A model generated the notes under the pieces. The model was not told the origin of the DNA. It worked only from the letters and a program-made list of their open reading frames with translations, and did no database searches. From NCBI GenBank assembly GCA_035414245.1, contig DAONYH010000001.1, positions 41,501 through 105,500 on the forward strand: 64,000 nucleotides of DNA, written 5' to 3'. The translations under genes were made by a program, and so were the position numbers. This DNA comes from a bacterium (GTDB lineage Bacteria > Patescibacteriota > Patescibacteriia > Patescibacteriales > UBA12465). Below, piece by piece: positions 38,123 to 48,973 of the stretch. Within the stretch, counting starts at the first letter, position 1. Each line of letters starts with the position of its first letter.

Positions 38123-40066
38123 ACCGTTTTTAATAAAAGTGATTATTTCTTCACCTTCGTGTAAACCACTTAAAATTTCAATTAAACCCTCATCACCTCT
38201 GAGACCGGTGGAGACAACTGCTTCTCTAATTTTTTGATTCTCCAAAACACGAACAATTTTTTGCCCCTCTTTTTCAATGATGGCGCGCGCCGGAACTTGC
38301 AAAACTGCTTCCCTTTTATTAGTGGTAATAACAAGATTAGTGGTCATGCCTGATTTAAAAGCTAGGCCACGATTTTCTAAATCAGTATTAATCTTATTTA
38401 ATTTGGTAAATTCAATTTTAACTCGATAATAAACAACATCTTGAGCCAAAGTTTGAGCCGGTTCAATAAAGACCACTTTTCCGGAGAAAACTAAATCATC
38501 AGAAAAAGCATCAACCGTAACCGTTGCTTCATCGCCAATTTTAATTTTATTAATATCTGATTCAGAAATATCTACTTCAATTTCAAAATTATTATTAGCT
38601 AACATTTTTACCGCCGGTTGACCAGTAACACCGAATTGTTCACCAATATCATAATTAATTTCTGTTACTATTCCCTTAAGTGGCGCTTTTAAAACACTAT
38701 CGGCAATTTGTTTTTCAATGTTATCTAAATTGGCTTGCGCTTGACTAATTTGCGCTTCGGCTAAAGCAATATCTTGAGCACGAGCTGGAGCTATAACATT
38801 ATTTAAACGCGCGCGCGCAGTCGTCACTGATTGGATGGCACTATCTAAACGTGCTTGAGCAGCCGAAATTTGTTGCTCACCACTTAAACGAAAAGAAATT
38901 AAATTATTGCGAGCGGTTAAAATGGCGCTCTCCAAATTAACTTGCGCTTGACGTAAATTTTCTTCAGCAGACGCTACTGAAGTACTATAAGCTGTTTGCG
39001 AATTATTGTAAGCTTGTAAAGCAGCTTCCACCGCATTATTAGCGGCGGAAACTTGCGCGCTTTGCGTACTCACTAAAGTTTTATAAGCATCTAAACTGGA
39101 TTGCGGAAAAGAAGCAGAAGTAATTGTGGTCTCTAACATTGAATAAGCATAATTTAAAGTAAGACTGGTTTGGGTTAAAAAAGCTCTCACTTTATTTCCG
39201 GCCGCATTAATATCAGCTGCAGTTTTACTGCTTCTTGCCAACTGAACCGCTGCTTCTGTCTCAGCAATCATATTTAAAGCCTGAAGACGATTATTTTTAG
39301 TATTAACTAAGCTACTACTTTGTAAAACGCCTAAAAGATTTTTCGCTTCATTATCGGTCAAAATAGTATTCAAATTATCCAGGGCAATTTTCCCACTTAA
39401 AATTTTATCACTAAAAGTTAAAAGAGCTGATTCACCGGCACTATCAATACTTCTTATTCCTGATAGCTTCGCATTGTCTAGAGTGGTTTGAGCTAAACTA
39501 ACCGCTTGTTCTTGCGGAGTGATATTACTAGGATCGTGTGATTCAAGATCGCGCAAAGTTTTTTCCGCTTGCGAATAGTTTTCTGCTACGCTTTTTCTGG
39601 TTTTTTCTAAATCAATTCGTGCCGCACTTTCATTGGCTTGAGCTTGTTCAAGTTCTGAACGACTAACCGCCACTGTCTCGCCACTGGCACCGGCATACAA
39701 TTTTGATAAATTAGCTTGGGCAATTTTTAATCCCGCTTCGGCTTCAATTTTTCGTAGCTCTAAAGATTCGGTTTCTAAGGAAATTAAAGGCGTATCAACT
39801 TCAACTTCATCGCCGACTTTAACCAAAACTTGATCAATACGACCAGTACTTAAAAAATTTAAAGCCACTTCTTGGGCTGCTTTAATTGTACCGGTTTCAT
39901 TAACGGTTTGAACCAGTGGTCCAGAAATAACAGTTGCAGTGGAATAAACATCTTTCGGTTTTTGGCCGCGTGCCAAAAAAACTATAATAATTAATCCAAC
40001 TACTAAAATAACTGCTAAAATTAGCTTTTTGCGAGGTATTTTCATAAAATAAAACTTATCCGTCAT
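38117..40066 (-). CDS. HlyD/MacA-family periplasmic adaptor with greatly extended coiled-coil hairpin
   Basis: An N-terminal TM helix is followed by the lipoyl half-motifs VKVGDEVEVDTPLISLE (ending at residue 98) and LKAPLKGIVTEI (starting at residue 459). About 360 Ala/Gln/Leu-rich residues separate them. A beta-barrel and MP domains follow. Confidence 0.8.
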   Translation of the reverse strand: MTDKFYFMKIPRKKLILAVILVVGLIIIVFLARGQKPKDVYSTATVISGPLVQTVNETGTIKAAQEVALNFLSTGRIDQVLVKVGDEVEVDTPLISLETESLELRKIEAEAGLKIAQANLSKLYAGASGETVAVSRSELEQAQANESAARIDLEKTRKSVAENYSQAEKTLRDLESHDPSNITPQEQAVSLAQTTLDNAKLSGIRSIDSAGESALLTFSDKILSGKIALDNLNTILTDNEAKNLLGVLQSSSLVNTKNNRLQALNMIAETEAAVQLARSSKTAADINAAGNKVRAFLTQTSLTLNYAYSMLETTITSASFPQSSLDAYKTLVSTQSAQVSAANNAVEAALQAYNNSQTAYSTSVASAEENLRQAQVNLESAILTARNNLISFRLSGEQQISAAQARLDSAIQSVTTARARLNNVIAPARAQDIALAEAQISQAQANLDNIEKQIADSVLKAPLKGIVTEINYDIGEQFGVTGQPAVKMLANNNFEIEVDISESDINKIKIGDEATVTVDAFSDDLVFSGKVVFIEPAQTLAQDVVYYRVKIEFTKLNKINTDLENRGLAFKSGMTTNLVITTNKREAVLQVPARAIIEKEGQKIVRVLENQKIREAVVSTGLRGDEGLIEILSGLHEGEEIITFIKNGD

Positions 40067-40228
40067 TAAATTTAAACGAAATGTTCTTTAATGGTAGCAG
40101 AAAATTGCCTAAATTTCAAGATGCGTTTTAGGTTCTAAATTCAGGTTTTCAAGTGGGTTTGTAGACCAATTTATTTGCTAAAAAATTTACTATTTCTTAT
40201 GATAAATCTATAACTATTAAATAATTTT

Positions 40229-40729
40229 ATGCGTGTTCCCAAACGTCGTGGCGAAGCAAAACAATTCATTAAACAAGATCCGGCCATGACTAAACAAAAA
40301 TACCAAGAATTAAAAAACAAGTTGGATTTTATGAAAAAAGTTAAACACCCTCAAGAGGCAGAGGAAGTTAAACGTTTAGCTTTGATGGGTGATTTTTCTG
40401 AAAATGCCGCCTATCAACTAGCCAAGGGTCGTTTACGTGGTTTAAACCAAAGAATTTTAAATTTGGAAAACTTATTAAACCGAGCTGAGATAATTACGAC
40501 TGACGGTAATAAAGAACGAATTAATCTAGGAGCAAAAGTAACTTTGAAATCAGCGAGCGGTTTTAAACAATTTAAAATTTTAGGTTCAGTTGAAACTAAT
40601 CCGACCGTGGGCATTATTTCTCATACTTCCCCACTCGGAAGCGCGCTTATGGGAAAGAAGGTAGGTGATAAAATAAAAATCAAGCTCAAAAATAAAGAGC
40701 TTGAGTATAAAATCATAAAAATTGAATAG
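40229..40729 (+). CDS. greA: transcription elongation factor GreA
   Basis: GDFSENAAYQLAK and the C-terminal FKBP-like ISHTSPLGSALMGKKVGD. The start may be at M20 (nt 40286). Confidence 0.85.
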   Translation: MRVPKRRGEAKQFIKQDPAMTKQKYQELKNKLDFMKKVKHPQEAEEVKRLALMGDFSENAAYQLAKGRLRGLNQRILNLENLLNRAEIITTDGNKERINLGAKVTLKSASGFKQFKILGSVETNPTVGIISHTSPLGSALMGKKVGDKIKIKLKNKELEYKIIKIE

Positions 40730-40845
40730 ACTAACAAAATAATTTTTTAATTAATAATTGATTGTTGTTAATCAATAATTAATAATTGATTGTTGTTAAT
40801 TGACTGTCATTAATAATTTTTAACTCAATTATTTTTCGCCAACAA

Positions 40846-41619
40846 TTATTTTTTGTCATCAACAAAAAATTCGTAACCGCCAATCAAAACCGGGGTTGAT
40901 AAAAAATACCAAATAAACACATCGTCTAAGGGAAAAATATGACCGCTAATCGTAACCGTAAATAAATAATTGCCCGGCCACCACCAACTGCCAATCAATA
41001 AAGAAACTACTTCATAAATAAAAAATACTAAGGCAAAGAATATGGTTGTAAGCCATATTTTTTTAAATAGTTTTGGTGTTGAGTAAAAAATAAAGCCTCC
41101 GGGAACAATTAAAATAATAACCGCTAATAAATAATAATTAACCGCTACTAAACCGGGCGCAACAAAAAATAAAGAAAAAACAACTAGAAACAACAAGGAG
41201 TAAAGTAATAAAATAAAACGAAAGCGCTCGGATATTTTTCCCGGTTTATCTTTATCAACAAAATATTCATAAAAAGATAAAACCCAGAAAAAATTTAGAA
41301 AAGCAAAAATCAGATTTTCTAAAGGAGCAACACCCAGTAAACGCGGCAAAACTGATTGCACATCCCAAGCATTAGCCAGACGAGCCATTATCTCCACGGG
41401 TGGAGCAAACAATAAAGTAGTAAGAAGAGAAAATAAAAAAATTTTATAACGCGAATGTTTAAGCCAGAAAAAATTTAATAAAGTAGGCGGTACTAAAACT
41501 ACTAAAATCGAAACTAGATAAACAGGTCGCCAAAAATAGACTAAAAGACAAGCAAAAATAATATAAACCGCTAAAAACGCTAAACGCTTTTTTTGTAAAG
41601 TTGATAAATGTTTTAACAT
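40846..41619 (-). CDS. polytopic membrane protein (possible lycopene-cyclase-domain fold)
   Basis: It has about 7 TM helices. Two internally repeated motifs, APLENLIFAF..YEYF and FPLDDVFIWYF..YEFF, resemble the PxE(E/D) repeats of CrtYc/d-type domains. The family call is weak. Confidence 0.45.
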   Translation of the reverse strand: MLKHLSTLQKKRLAFLAVYIIFACLLVYFWRPVYLVSILVVLVPPTLLNFFWLKHSRYKIFLFSLLTTLLFAPPVEIMARLANAWDVQSVLPRLLGVAPLENLIFAFLNFFWVLSFYEYFVDKDKPGKISERFRFILLLYSLLFLVVFSLFFVAPGLVAVNYYLLAVIILIVPGGFIFYSTPKLFKKIWLTTIFFALVFFIYEVVSLLIGSWWWPGNYLFTVTISGHIFPLDDVFIWYFLSTPVLIGGYEFFVDDKK

Positions 41620-41689
41620 TTTATTTTAGTAAAAAAATTAAAAATATACTTAAACAATTCTAACTTTATTAATTATAGCAAATTAGCCA

Positions 41690-41720
41690 ATAAAAAAAGA
41701 GACCGAAGTATCGATCTCTT
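41690..41720 (-). terminator. terminator after the 89-aa gene
   Basis: The stem AAGAGA.CG / CG.TCTCTT is followed by T7 on the minus strand. Confidence 0.55.
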
Positions 41721-41752
41721 AACAATCTCCAAATAATAAATAATGCAAACCA

Positions 41753-42022
41753 TCATTTATTAAACTTCCAGAGTTTTAATTTGCCATACTTACTTTCGCG
41801 ATAGTAAACATTATACTGTAAATTAAATTTACGTCTATCCCGATTAAGATTAGTGATGATAGCATATTTGCTCACCTGATAAACCATGCGAAAAACGCCT
41901 TCATTATCACTCAAGCGCATTATGTCGCTAACCTCATCAATAGGAAAAAAATTCTTAAAAATAACCTCATTAGTATGAGCGCTTAACGGTTCAATAAACC
42001 AAGTAATTCTTTTTTTAGCCAT
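41753..42022 (-). CDS. hypothetical protein
   Basis: This 89-aa ORF has a strong SD (AAAGGAGGTCGTCATG), a TGA stop and a terminator downstream. Confidence 0.5.
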   Translation of the reverse strand: MAKKRITWFIEPLSAHTNEVIFKNFFPIDEVSDIMRLSDNEGVFRMVYQVSKYAIITNLNRDRRKFNLQYNVYYRESKYGKLKLWKFNK

Positions 42023-42072
42023 GACGACCTCCTTTTAAAAAGTACAACTTATATAAATTCTATCTTTATCAA

Positions 42073-43467
42073 TTAAAATTCCGCGTTTTTCGGAGTACGA
42101 GGAAACGGAATCACATCGCGAATATTAGCCATGCCGGAAAAATACATGATTGCTCTTTCAAATCCTAAACCAAAACCAGCGTGCTTAACAGCACCAAATT
42201 TTCTTGTATCTAAATACCAATTATAATCTTCCGGTTTCATGCCTAATTCTTTTATTCTTGACTCTAATTTTTCAAAACGTTCTTCTCTCTGACTGCCACC
42301 AATAATTTCACCGATGCCCGGAACAAGTAAGTCCATCGCTGCCACAGTTTTACCATCATCATTTTGACGCATATAAAAAGCTTTAATATCTTTAGGATAG
42401 TCAGTGACAAAAACCGGTTTTTTAAAAATCTGCTCAGTAATATATCGTTCATGTTCAGTTTGCAAATCAATTCCCCAAGAAACAGGATAGTTAAATTTCT
42501 CGCCACTCTTAATTAAAAGATCAACCGCTTCCGTGTAAGTAAGTCTTTCAAAATCCGCTGCCAAAATATTAGTTAAACGTTCTTTTAAGTTCTGATCAAT
42601 AAACTTGTTAAAAAATTCCATTTCCTCTGGTAATTCTTTTAAAATATAAGCAATTAAATATTTTATCATCTCCTCAGCTAAATCCATATCATCTTTTAAT
42701 TCCGCAAATGCCATTTCCGGTTCAATCATCCAAAATTCACAAGCATGGCGAGTAGTATTGGAATTTTCTGCTCGAAAAGTTGGACCAAAAGTATAAACAC
42801 GATTTAAACCCATAATTAAAGTTTCAGCTTCCAATTGACCGCTAACCGTTAAGCCTACGTGTTTGCCAAAAAAATCTTGTTTGTAATCAACTTCACCATT
42901 GGCTAGTTTAGGAATTTCTTTTTCTAGATCAAAGGTAGTGACGGTAAACATTTCGCCGGCACCTTCACAATCACTACCGGAAATAATGGGCGTGTGCACA
43001 TACGAAAAACCGCGGTCAGTAAAAAATTTATGAATCGCGAAACTTAAAGCGGAACGTAAACGAAAAACCGCGGAAAAAGTATTGCTGCGTGGACGCAAAT
43101 GAGTAATTTCTCGTAAAAATTCATAACTATGTTTTTTCTTTTGTAAAGGATAATCAGGCGAAGCTAAACTAATCACCGTAATATGTTCAGCTTTTAATTC
43201 AAAAGGTTGGCCGGCTGCCGGAGACTCAACTAAAGTTCCTTCCACTTCTAGAGCAGAACCAATGGTCACTTTTTCAATTTCGGAAAAATTAACTAAATCA
43301 CTTGCAAAAACAACTTGCAAACCTTTGAAAAAAGTGCCGTCATTTAGTTCAATAAAACCAAATTCTTTGGAACTTCTAACCGTTCTCACCCAAGCGCCAA
43401 CCGTAATTTTTTGGTTTAAATATTGTTTTGTATCGCGATAAAGCGCTTTGATATCAGTATAAGCCAT
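42073..43467 (-). CDS. asnS: asparagine--tRNA ligase
   Basis: N-terminal OB fold [32 protein letters not shown] and [12 protein letters not shown]. Confidence 0.95.
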   Translation of the reverse strand: MAYTDIKALYRDTKQYLNQKITVGAWVRTVRSSKEFGFIELNDGTFFKGLQVVFASDLVNFSEIEKVTIGSALEVEGTLVESPAAGQPFELKAEHITVISLASPDYPLQKKKHSYEFLREITHLRPRSNTFSAVFRLRSALSFAIHKFFTDRGFSYVHTPIISGSDCEGAGEMFTVTTFDLEKEIPKLANGEVDYKQDFFGKHVGLTVSGQLEAETLIMGLNRVYTFGPTFRAENSNTTRHACEFWMIEPEMAFAELKDDMDLAEEMIKYLIAYILKELPEEMEFFNKFIDQNLKERLTNILAADFERLTYTEAVDLLIKSGEKFNYPVSWGIDLQTEHERYITEQIFKKPVFVTDYPKDIKAFYMRQNDDGKTVAAMDLLVPGIGEIIGGSQREERFEKLESRIKELGMKPEDYNWYLDTRKFGAVKHAGFGLGFERAIMYFSGMANIRDVIPFPRTPKNAEF

Positions 43468-43543
43468 ATAAAATATGAATAATTTAAACTCTAAAACTCA
43501 AATTTTCTTGGTTATTCCTAGAAAATTAGAGTTGAATAATTAA

Positions 43544-43572
43544 AATATAGCAGTATTAAAGAGAAAAATCAA
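43544..43572 (-). promoter_or_regulatory. putative asnS promoter
   Basis: On the minus strand: TTGATT (43572-43567), 17 nt with TGc, TATATT (43549-43544). Confidence 0.45.
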
Positions 43573-43621
43573 CGTTAGCCTAAATAGCGTATTTTTTCTA
43601 AAAAAGTCAATCTTTGCTAAC

Positions 43622-43656
43622 CAAAAATAAAAAGCCCTGCTTATAAAAAGCAGGGT
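43622..43656 (-). terminator. terminator after the 224-aa gene
   Basis: The stem CCCTGCTT / AAGCAGGG is followed by CTTTTTATTTTT. Confidence 0.65.
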
Positions 43657-43693
43657 TTTAAATTTTAAATTTTCAGACTTAAGCAATCAAGAA

Positions 43694-44368
43694 CTAATCC
43701 TCGGGCTGATCTTTTACCAGCAAGAAGCAACAATTTTCACTGGCATATCCGTTAAAATCCATGAAACCAAGTCCGCGTTTGGAACTTGAACTGCTGGGAT
43801 AAACAGTATGTTGGTAAGTAGGTTGAGGATCGTAATTACTAAGAATCACCATATTATCCTCTAAGCCGCTAGTCCAAACAGAGCCAAGCGCCAGAATGGT
43901 AAATTTCCTTTGTAAATTAGGATTATGTTCGGCAAAAGCCAAAATTTCGTGAACAGTAGCAGAGCGAAACCCAACTACTTTTCTAATTCTTTCGGCAGCA
44001 TCGTCTATACTTAGTTGCCGGCCAAAATTAAGCAACTTGGTGCTAATTTTTTCTTTTTTTCCTTTTTTATTAGCTGGAATAGGAAAATGAAGAGAATTAA
44101 CATTTCTATTAGCAGAATCAAATTTGCCGGCCACGACCATTTCTTCAACAGTTCGAGTATAATCAACAAAAAAATCAAAGATTACACCATGGCTGGGCGG
44201 TTGAATAATCGGTTGAACAACGGCCTTATACATTTTAATTGCCAACTCATTATCTTTGGAATTAATAATTTCCTGAATGAGCCCTAAGTCAAAACCAGCC
44301 TTCCTTAAAGCGGTAAGAAACTTATTCATTTCCCCAAAAAGAGCGCAAATTTCTCTCATTTCTTTCAT
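43694..44368 (-). CDS. hypothetical protein
   Basis: This 224-aa ORF is a stand-alone unit with its own promoter (44469-44497) and terminator (43622-43656). I recognise no family. Confidence 0.5.
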   Translation of the reverse strand: MKEMREICALFGEMNKFLTALRKAGFDLGLIQEIINSKDNELAIKMYKAVVQPIIQPPSHGVIFDFFVDYTRTVEEMVVAGKFDSANRNVNSLHFPIPANKKGKKEKISTKLLNFGRQLSIDDAAERIRKVVGFRSATVHEILAFAEHNPNLQRKFTILALGSVWTSGLEDNMVILSNYDPQPTYQHTVYPSSSSSKRGLGFMDFNGYASENCCFLLVKDQPED

Positions 44369-44468
44369 GATTTGATAAATTTAATTTTGTTATTAAAGAA
44401 CTATTTTTGAACCAGACCCTCAAAAACAGTAAAATAGGTCAATATTATTATAATGAAATAATCAATTA

Positions 44469-44497
44469 ATTAAAACACAAAAAAATATCTTTGTCAA
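44469..44497 (-). promoter_or_regulatory. putative promoter of the 224-aa gene
   Basis: On the minus strand: TTGACA (44497-44492), 17 nt, TTTAAT (44474-44469). Confidence 0.45.
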
Positions 44498-44762
44498 CTG
44501 CTTTACTTTAAAAAATGAGGCTTACGCCTCAAGTAGTGTTAATAATCATTATTTTTCAGATAAAAAGGGATTATCCAAGGATTTTATATTAAAAAAGACT
44601 CAAATTTTAAGTCTTTTTAAACTTTAACTTGCACGAACAACATCGCTCGACTGGAACACCAATAAAAACACAGTAATAAAATAGAGAAATATCCGATAGT
44701 TAATTAATTTTGCTTAAATTCAAGGGGCTTAATGGTTTATAGGAACAGAACTAACAGAGCCA

Positions 44763-45701
44763 CTACCAACAAACTTCGATCTTCTCACCTAATTTCTCCT
44801 TTAAATAATCTTCTACATCATAAAAATCACCAATCTTATCTATCAGGCCATTTTCTAAAGCCATTTCTCCTGGCATTGAAGAGCCATCGGCTAACGCTCT
44901 CACCTTATCAATCGATAAATTACGATTTTCAGATACAGCTTTAATAAAAAGATTGTGCACTATTTCCAAATCTCTCATAATTAAATTTCTTTCCTCAGTA
45001 GTCATTGGCTTATTTGGGTCTCCGTAATCCTTAAACTTCCCAGTGCTTAATGAATTATATGTTAGCCCTTCTTTTTCATTTTTTTTAGTTTTATCTAAAT
45101 AAGACATTGTGATACCAATACCGCCAACATCGGATAAAGCTGAGGCAAAAATAGTATCAGCCCCACTAGCGGCCCAATAAGCAGCTGATACACCCGCGGT
45201 ACGAATAAAAGCAATTATTGGTTTATTAGCTCTTTTAATAGCTTCACTAATTTCTTCAGCAGCCACTGCTGATCCACCAAAAGAATCTATTTCTAAAATA
45301 ATAGCTTTTATATCAGAATCTTTATCAGCTTGATTAATTAAATAAATTACTTCTTCTGAGGCGGTCTCATCAAAAATATTATTTCCATTTTCATCTTTGC
45401 TATATGGAGTAATATAAGTAACTACGTCACCATGAATTTCTATCCCTAAAACATTGCAATCATATTCATCTTCACTATTTTCACTTATTTCATTGTCAGA
45501 GTAATAAGAATAGTCGCCAAACTGATATTCATATTCATCTTTTACGATAATTAGAGCCCCTAAAAAGATAATTAGAAAGGCTAAACCTCTAATTATTTTC
45601 TTAAAAGGCGGACGTCTCCAGTTTTTTGGATTAAGCTTTGTATAGTTGATTTCTTTTTCACAGATTTTAAATTGGAGAATTTTTTTGAAAGTATTAGACA
45701 T
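44763..45701 (-). CDS. sppA: signal peptide peptidase SppA (S49, 36K type)
   Basis: An N-terminal TM helix, IKAIILEIDSFGGSAVAAEEI and GVSAAYWAASGAD. Confidence 0.8.
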   Translation of the reverse strand: MSNTFKKILQFKICEKEINYTKLNPKNWRRPPFKKIIRGLAFLIIFLGALIIVKDEYEYQFGDYSYYSDNEISENSEDEYDCNVLGIEIHGDVVTYITPYSKDENGNNIFDETASEEVIYLINQADKDSDIKAIILEIDSFGGSAVAAEEISEAIKRANKPIIAFIRTAGVSAAYWAASGADTIFASALSDVGGIGITMSYLDKTKKNEKEGLTYNSLSTGKFKDYGDPNKPMTTEERNLIMRDLEIVHNLFIKAVSENRNLSIDKVRALADGSSMPGEMALENGLIDKIGDFYDVEDYLKEKLGEKIEVCW

Positions 45702-45837
45702 ATAAATTTAAAAAATGAAAAAATATTAGTTTAAATCTTTACTTATATCAATTATATCCATATCCGAATAACATTTATTTCTTCTATCAACATTGAATAT
45801 TTCAGCAATAAAATATTTATTTGCGTTATGAATCATA

Positions 45838-48800
45838 TTATTTATTTGATTCTTTTATATTAATTAATTCATCGGCCATTAATTCTGCTTGTTTTAAAAC
45901 ATTCTCTGTTGCTAATAATTGTTGATCTGGTGGATAACCGTATTTATTCAAAATTCTTTTTACATCACGACGCAATCTTGCACGGACACTTTCTTTCAAT
46001 GTCCAATCAATTTTAGCATTGCCTTTAACGCTTTTAAAAACCTCAATTGCAATTGCAGCTAATTGTTTATCGCCCAAAACTTCCTTTGCACTATCGTTAT
46101 TTGCAAGCGCATCATAGAAAGCTAATTCATCATCGTCAAGATTTAATACCTCTCCACGCTTGTTTGACTCGCGAATATTTTTCGCTAATTTTACCAATTC
46201 TTCAATAACTTGCGCCGCTGTCAAAAGGTTATTTTGATATTTTTTAATCGCGCTTTCCAGCATTTCCGAAAACTTTCGGCTCTGGATGAAATTCTTTCGC
46301 AGCCTAATTTTAATTTCATCATTTAATAATTTTTTCAATAACTCCAAAGCCAGATTTTTTCTTTCCATTCCTTGAATTTCTGCTAAAAATTCATCGGATA
46401 AAATTGAAATGTCCGGCTTTTTAATTCCTGCCGCATCAAAAACATCAACAATGCCCTCTGAAACTACGGCTTTATCAACAATCTGACGAATAGCGGTTTC
46501 TATTTCCGCATCTGATTTTCCCGTTCCAGCCGGTTCAAATTTTGTTAATCGTGCCTTTACCGCTTGGAAAAAACCGACTTCATCTTTGATTTCCATTGCC
46601 CTTGCATGTGGCACAGACAAAGCAAAGGCTTGTGACAAAAGCGCAACTTGTTTTGTGTATCTGTTTTTTCCGTCTTCTAATCCAAGAATATACTCCTGTG
46701 CTTCAAGAATAATTGTAAGTTTTATCCTCGTATCTGCTTCAAAATATTTTTTATAATCAAAACCATTGAACATCTGCTCAACAATTTCAAATTTCTCAAG
46801 CATTACTGCTACTGCTTCATTTTGGTCAAGAGTAGGCGTGCCCTTCCCGCCACTAGCCGCATAAGTTGCGAGCGCTATTTTTAAATCTGAAGCAATACCA
46901 ATATAGTCAACAATCAAACCGCCTGGTTTATCTTTAAATATTCTATTCACCCGAGCAATTGCTTGCATTAGATTGTGTCCACGCATTGGCTTATCAACAT
47001 ACATTGTATGTAGGCACGGCACATCAAAGCCAGTAAGCCACATATCACGAACGATTACTAATTTTAACTCGTCATTTTCATCTTTAAAACGATCACCAAT
47101 AAATTTTCTGTCCTGTTTGGTTGTGTTGTGGATTTGCCAATTTTCCGGATCGGACGATGAAGAAGTCATTACAACCTTTAGCGCGCCTTTCTTTAAATCC
47201 TTATTATGCCAATTAGGACGAATTTTGATAATTTCCTCATAAAGCTCAACCGCTATGCGACGACTCATACAAACAATCATCCCTTTACCATCAAAAACTT
47301 CACATCGTTTTTCAAAATGATCAACTAAATCTGTTGCAATAACTTTTAGTCTGTCTCTGTGTCCAACAATCGCTTCCAGTTGAGTCCATTTCGCTTTGGC
47401 TTTTTCTTTGGCTGTGTTTTCTTCACCTTCAGTTATTGCTTCAACTTCTTCATCAAGTTTTGCCGCTTCTTCCGGCTTTAAATGAACCTTCGCAAGGCGG
47501 GATTCGTAGTAAATACGAACAGTTGCGCCGTCTTCTACCGCTTGGGCAATATCATAAATATCAACATAATTACCGAATACTGCCGGAGTAGATGCGTCTT
47601 CTTTTTCAATTGGCGTTCCGGTAAATCCAATAAATGAGGCATTTGGCAAGGCATCCCTCAAATATTTTGCAAATCCATATTTAGTAATAATTTCACCATT
47701 TTTCTCGGAAGTCTTTGCGCCAAATCCATATTGACTACGGTGCGCTTCATCGGCAATAACAATGATATTTTTCCTTTCAGATAATAAGTCAAAATGTGTC
47801 GAACCATCTTCTGGAAAGAATTTTTGAATGGTTGTAAAGATTATTCCGCCACCGGCAACGCGCAAAAGTTTTTTCAAATCTTCTCTACTGGTGGCTTGTT
47901 CGGGGTCTTGCCTTAATAATTGCTTGCAGTTAGCGAAAGTGTCAAACAGTTGATCATCTAAATCGTTTCTATCCGTAATAACTACGATTGTCGGATTATT
48001 TAATTCCAAAACTGATTTTCCAGCATAAAAAACCATAGAAAGCGATTTTCCGCTTCCTTGTGTATGCCATACCACCCCTGCTTTGCCGTTTCCTTGCTCG
48101 CTTGTTGCGCGTAAAGTTTCCTCAATTGCTTTATTAACAGCAAAATATTGATGATAAGCTGCAATCTTTTTGATAGTAACAACGGAAGACAAACCTGTTT
48201 TCACATCTTCTTTTTTGCTTTTTTCAAAAACAATAAAATGCCTAATCAAGTCAAGTAAAACATTTTTTGCAAGCATCCCTTTTATCAATGTTTCTATCTG
48301 TGGCACTGTTGCCCTGTCTTCTTTGACGCCATCGCTTGATTTCCACGCCATAAACCGTGACATATCAGAAGAAATAGTTCCAGTTTTTGCATCTAGTCCA
48401 TCAGAGGCTACCAGTAGGGCATTGTAGTAAAAAAGTGATGGAATAGCGTTTTTATAATTTTGTAATTGTGTAAATGCTTTCTGGACTGTTGCATTTTCAT
48501 CAATTGGATTTTTGAGTTCAATCACCACTAAAGGCAAACCGTTTACAAACAAAACTACATCGGGTCTTTTCGCAATATTATTTTCAACGACGGTAAATTG
48601 ATTACACACCAAAAATTCGTTGTTTTCTGGATGATCAAAATCAATCAGCCAAACTTTTTCGCCTCTGACACCGTCTTTCTTCAATATCTCAATTTCCGCG
48701 CCTTCCGTCAGCAAGCGATGAAACGCTTCGTTGTTATCAATCAAATTTTGACTTGGTAAATTTAAAACCTCACGCAAAGCTTGTTCTCGGGCTTCTTCCG

Positions 48801-48972
48801 AAATGTCGGGATTGATTTTTTCAATCGCTTGTTTCAAACAATTTTTCAATACCGCTTCATTCAAACTTGATCTTTCGGATTCTTGCTCTTCGGGCGACAA
48901 ATAGTGCCAACCCTGATTTTGCAGGAGTTCTATTACAAATTCTTCAATTGTTGATTCAAATATTTTGGTCAT
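45838..48972 (-). CDS. hsdR: type I restriction endonuclease subunit R
   Basis: This 1044-aa protein has an N-terminal PD-(D/E)xK region ([18 protein letters not shown]). The SF2 helicase motifs are [20 protein letters not shown] and MWLTGFDVP. Confidence 0.95.
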   Translation of the reverse strand: MTKIFESTIEEFVIELLQNQGWHYLSPEEQESERSSLNEAVLKNCLKQAIEKINPDISEEAREQALREVLNLPSQNLIDNNEAFHRLLTEGAEIEILKKDGVRGEKVWLIDFDHPENNEFLVCNQFTVVENNIAKRPDVVLFVNGLPLVVIELKNPIDENATVQKAFTQLQNYKNAIPSLFYYNALLVASDGLDAKTGTISSDMSRFMAWKSSDGVKEDRATVPQIETLIKGMLAKNVLLDLIRHFIVFEKSKKEDVKTGLSSVVTIKKIAAYHQYFAVNKAIEETLRATSEQGNGKAGVVWHTQGSGKSLSMVFYAGKSVLELNNPTIVVITDRNDLDDQLFDTFANCKQLLRQDPEQATSREDLKKLLRVAGGGIIFTTIQKFFPEDGSTHFDLLSERKNIIVIADEAHRSQYGFGAKTSEKNGEIITKYGFAKYLRDALPNASFIGFTGTPIEKEDASTPAVFGNYVDIYDIAQAVEDGATVRIYYESRLAKVHLKPEEAAKLDEEVEAITEGEENTAKEKAKAKWTQLEAIVGHRDRLKVIATDLVDHFEKRCEVFDGKGMIVCMSRRIAVELYEEIIKIRPNWHNKDLKKGALKVVMTSSSSDPENWQIHNTTKQDRKFIGDRFKDENDELKLVIVRDMWLTGFDVPCLHTMYVDKPMRGHNLMQAIARVNRIFKDKPGGLIVDYIGIASDLKIALATYAASGGKGTPTLDQNEAVAVMLEKFEIVEQMFNGFDYKKYFEADTRIKLTIILEAQEYILGLEDGKNRYTKQVALLSQAFALSVPHARAMEIKDEVGFFQAVKARLTKFEPAGTGKSDAEIETAIRQIVDKAVVSEGIVDVFDAAGIKKPDISILSDEFLAEIQGMERKNLALELLKKLLNDEIKIRLRKNFIQSRKFSEMLESAIKKYQNNLLTAAQVIEELVKLAKNIRESNKRGEVLNLDDDELAFYDALANNDSAKEVLGDKQLAAIAIEVFKSVKGNAKIDWTLKESVRARLRRDVKRILNKYGYPPDQQLLATENVLKQAELMADELINIKESNK

Positions 48973-48973
48973 A

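Noticed and set aside
40750-40799. The 22-nt direct repeat ttaataattgattgttgttaat occurs twice (28-nt period) between the convergent greA and membrane-protein genes.
   Set aside because: It is a real repeat, but it sits in a convergent 3' spacer of pure A/T/G low complexity. It is most simply another neutral tandem duplication, with no associated structure or ORF.
41753-41755. Possibility of an alternative genetic code (UGA reassignment), as in some CPR lineages.
   Set aside because: Nearly all genes end in TAA or TAG, but the 89-aa gene ends with TGA. No conserved protein here requires read-through of an in-frame TGA, so code 11 fits.
26675-43693. T-box riboswitches upstream of cysS, hisS and asnS.
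   Set aside because: The cysS upstream spacer is only 12 nt. The hisS spacer (~200 nt, shared with a divergent promoter) and the asnS leader (~85 nt) show no specifier-loop or T-box sequence (no AGGGUGGNACCGCG-like element).
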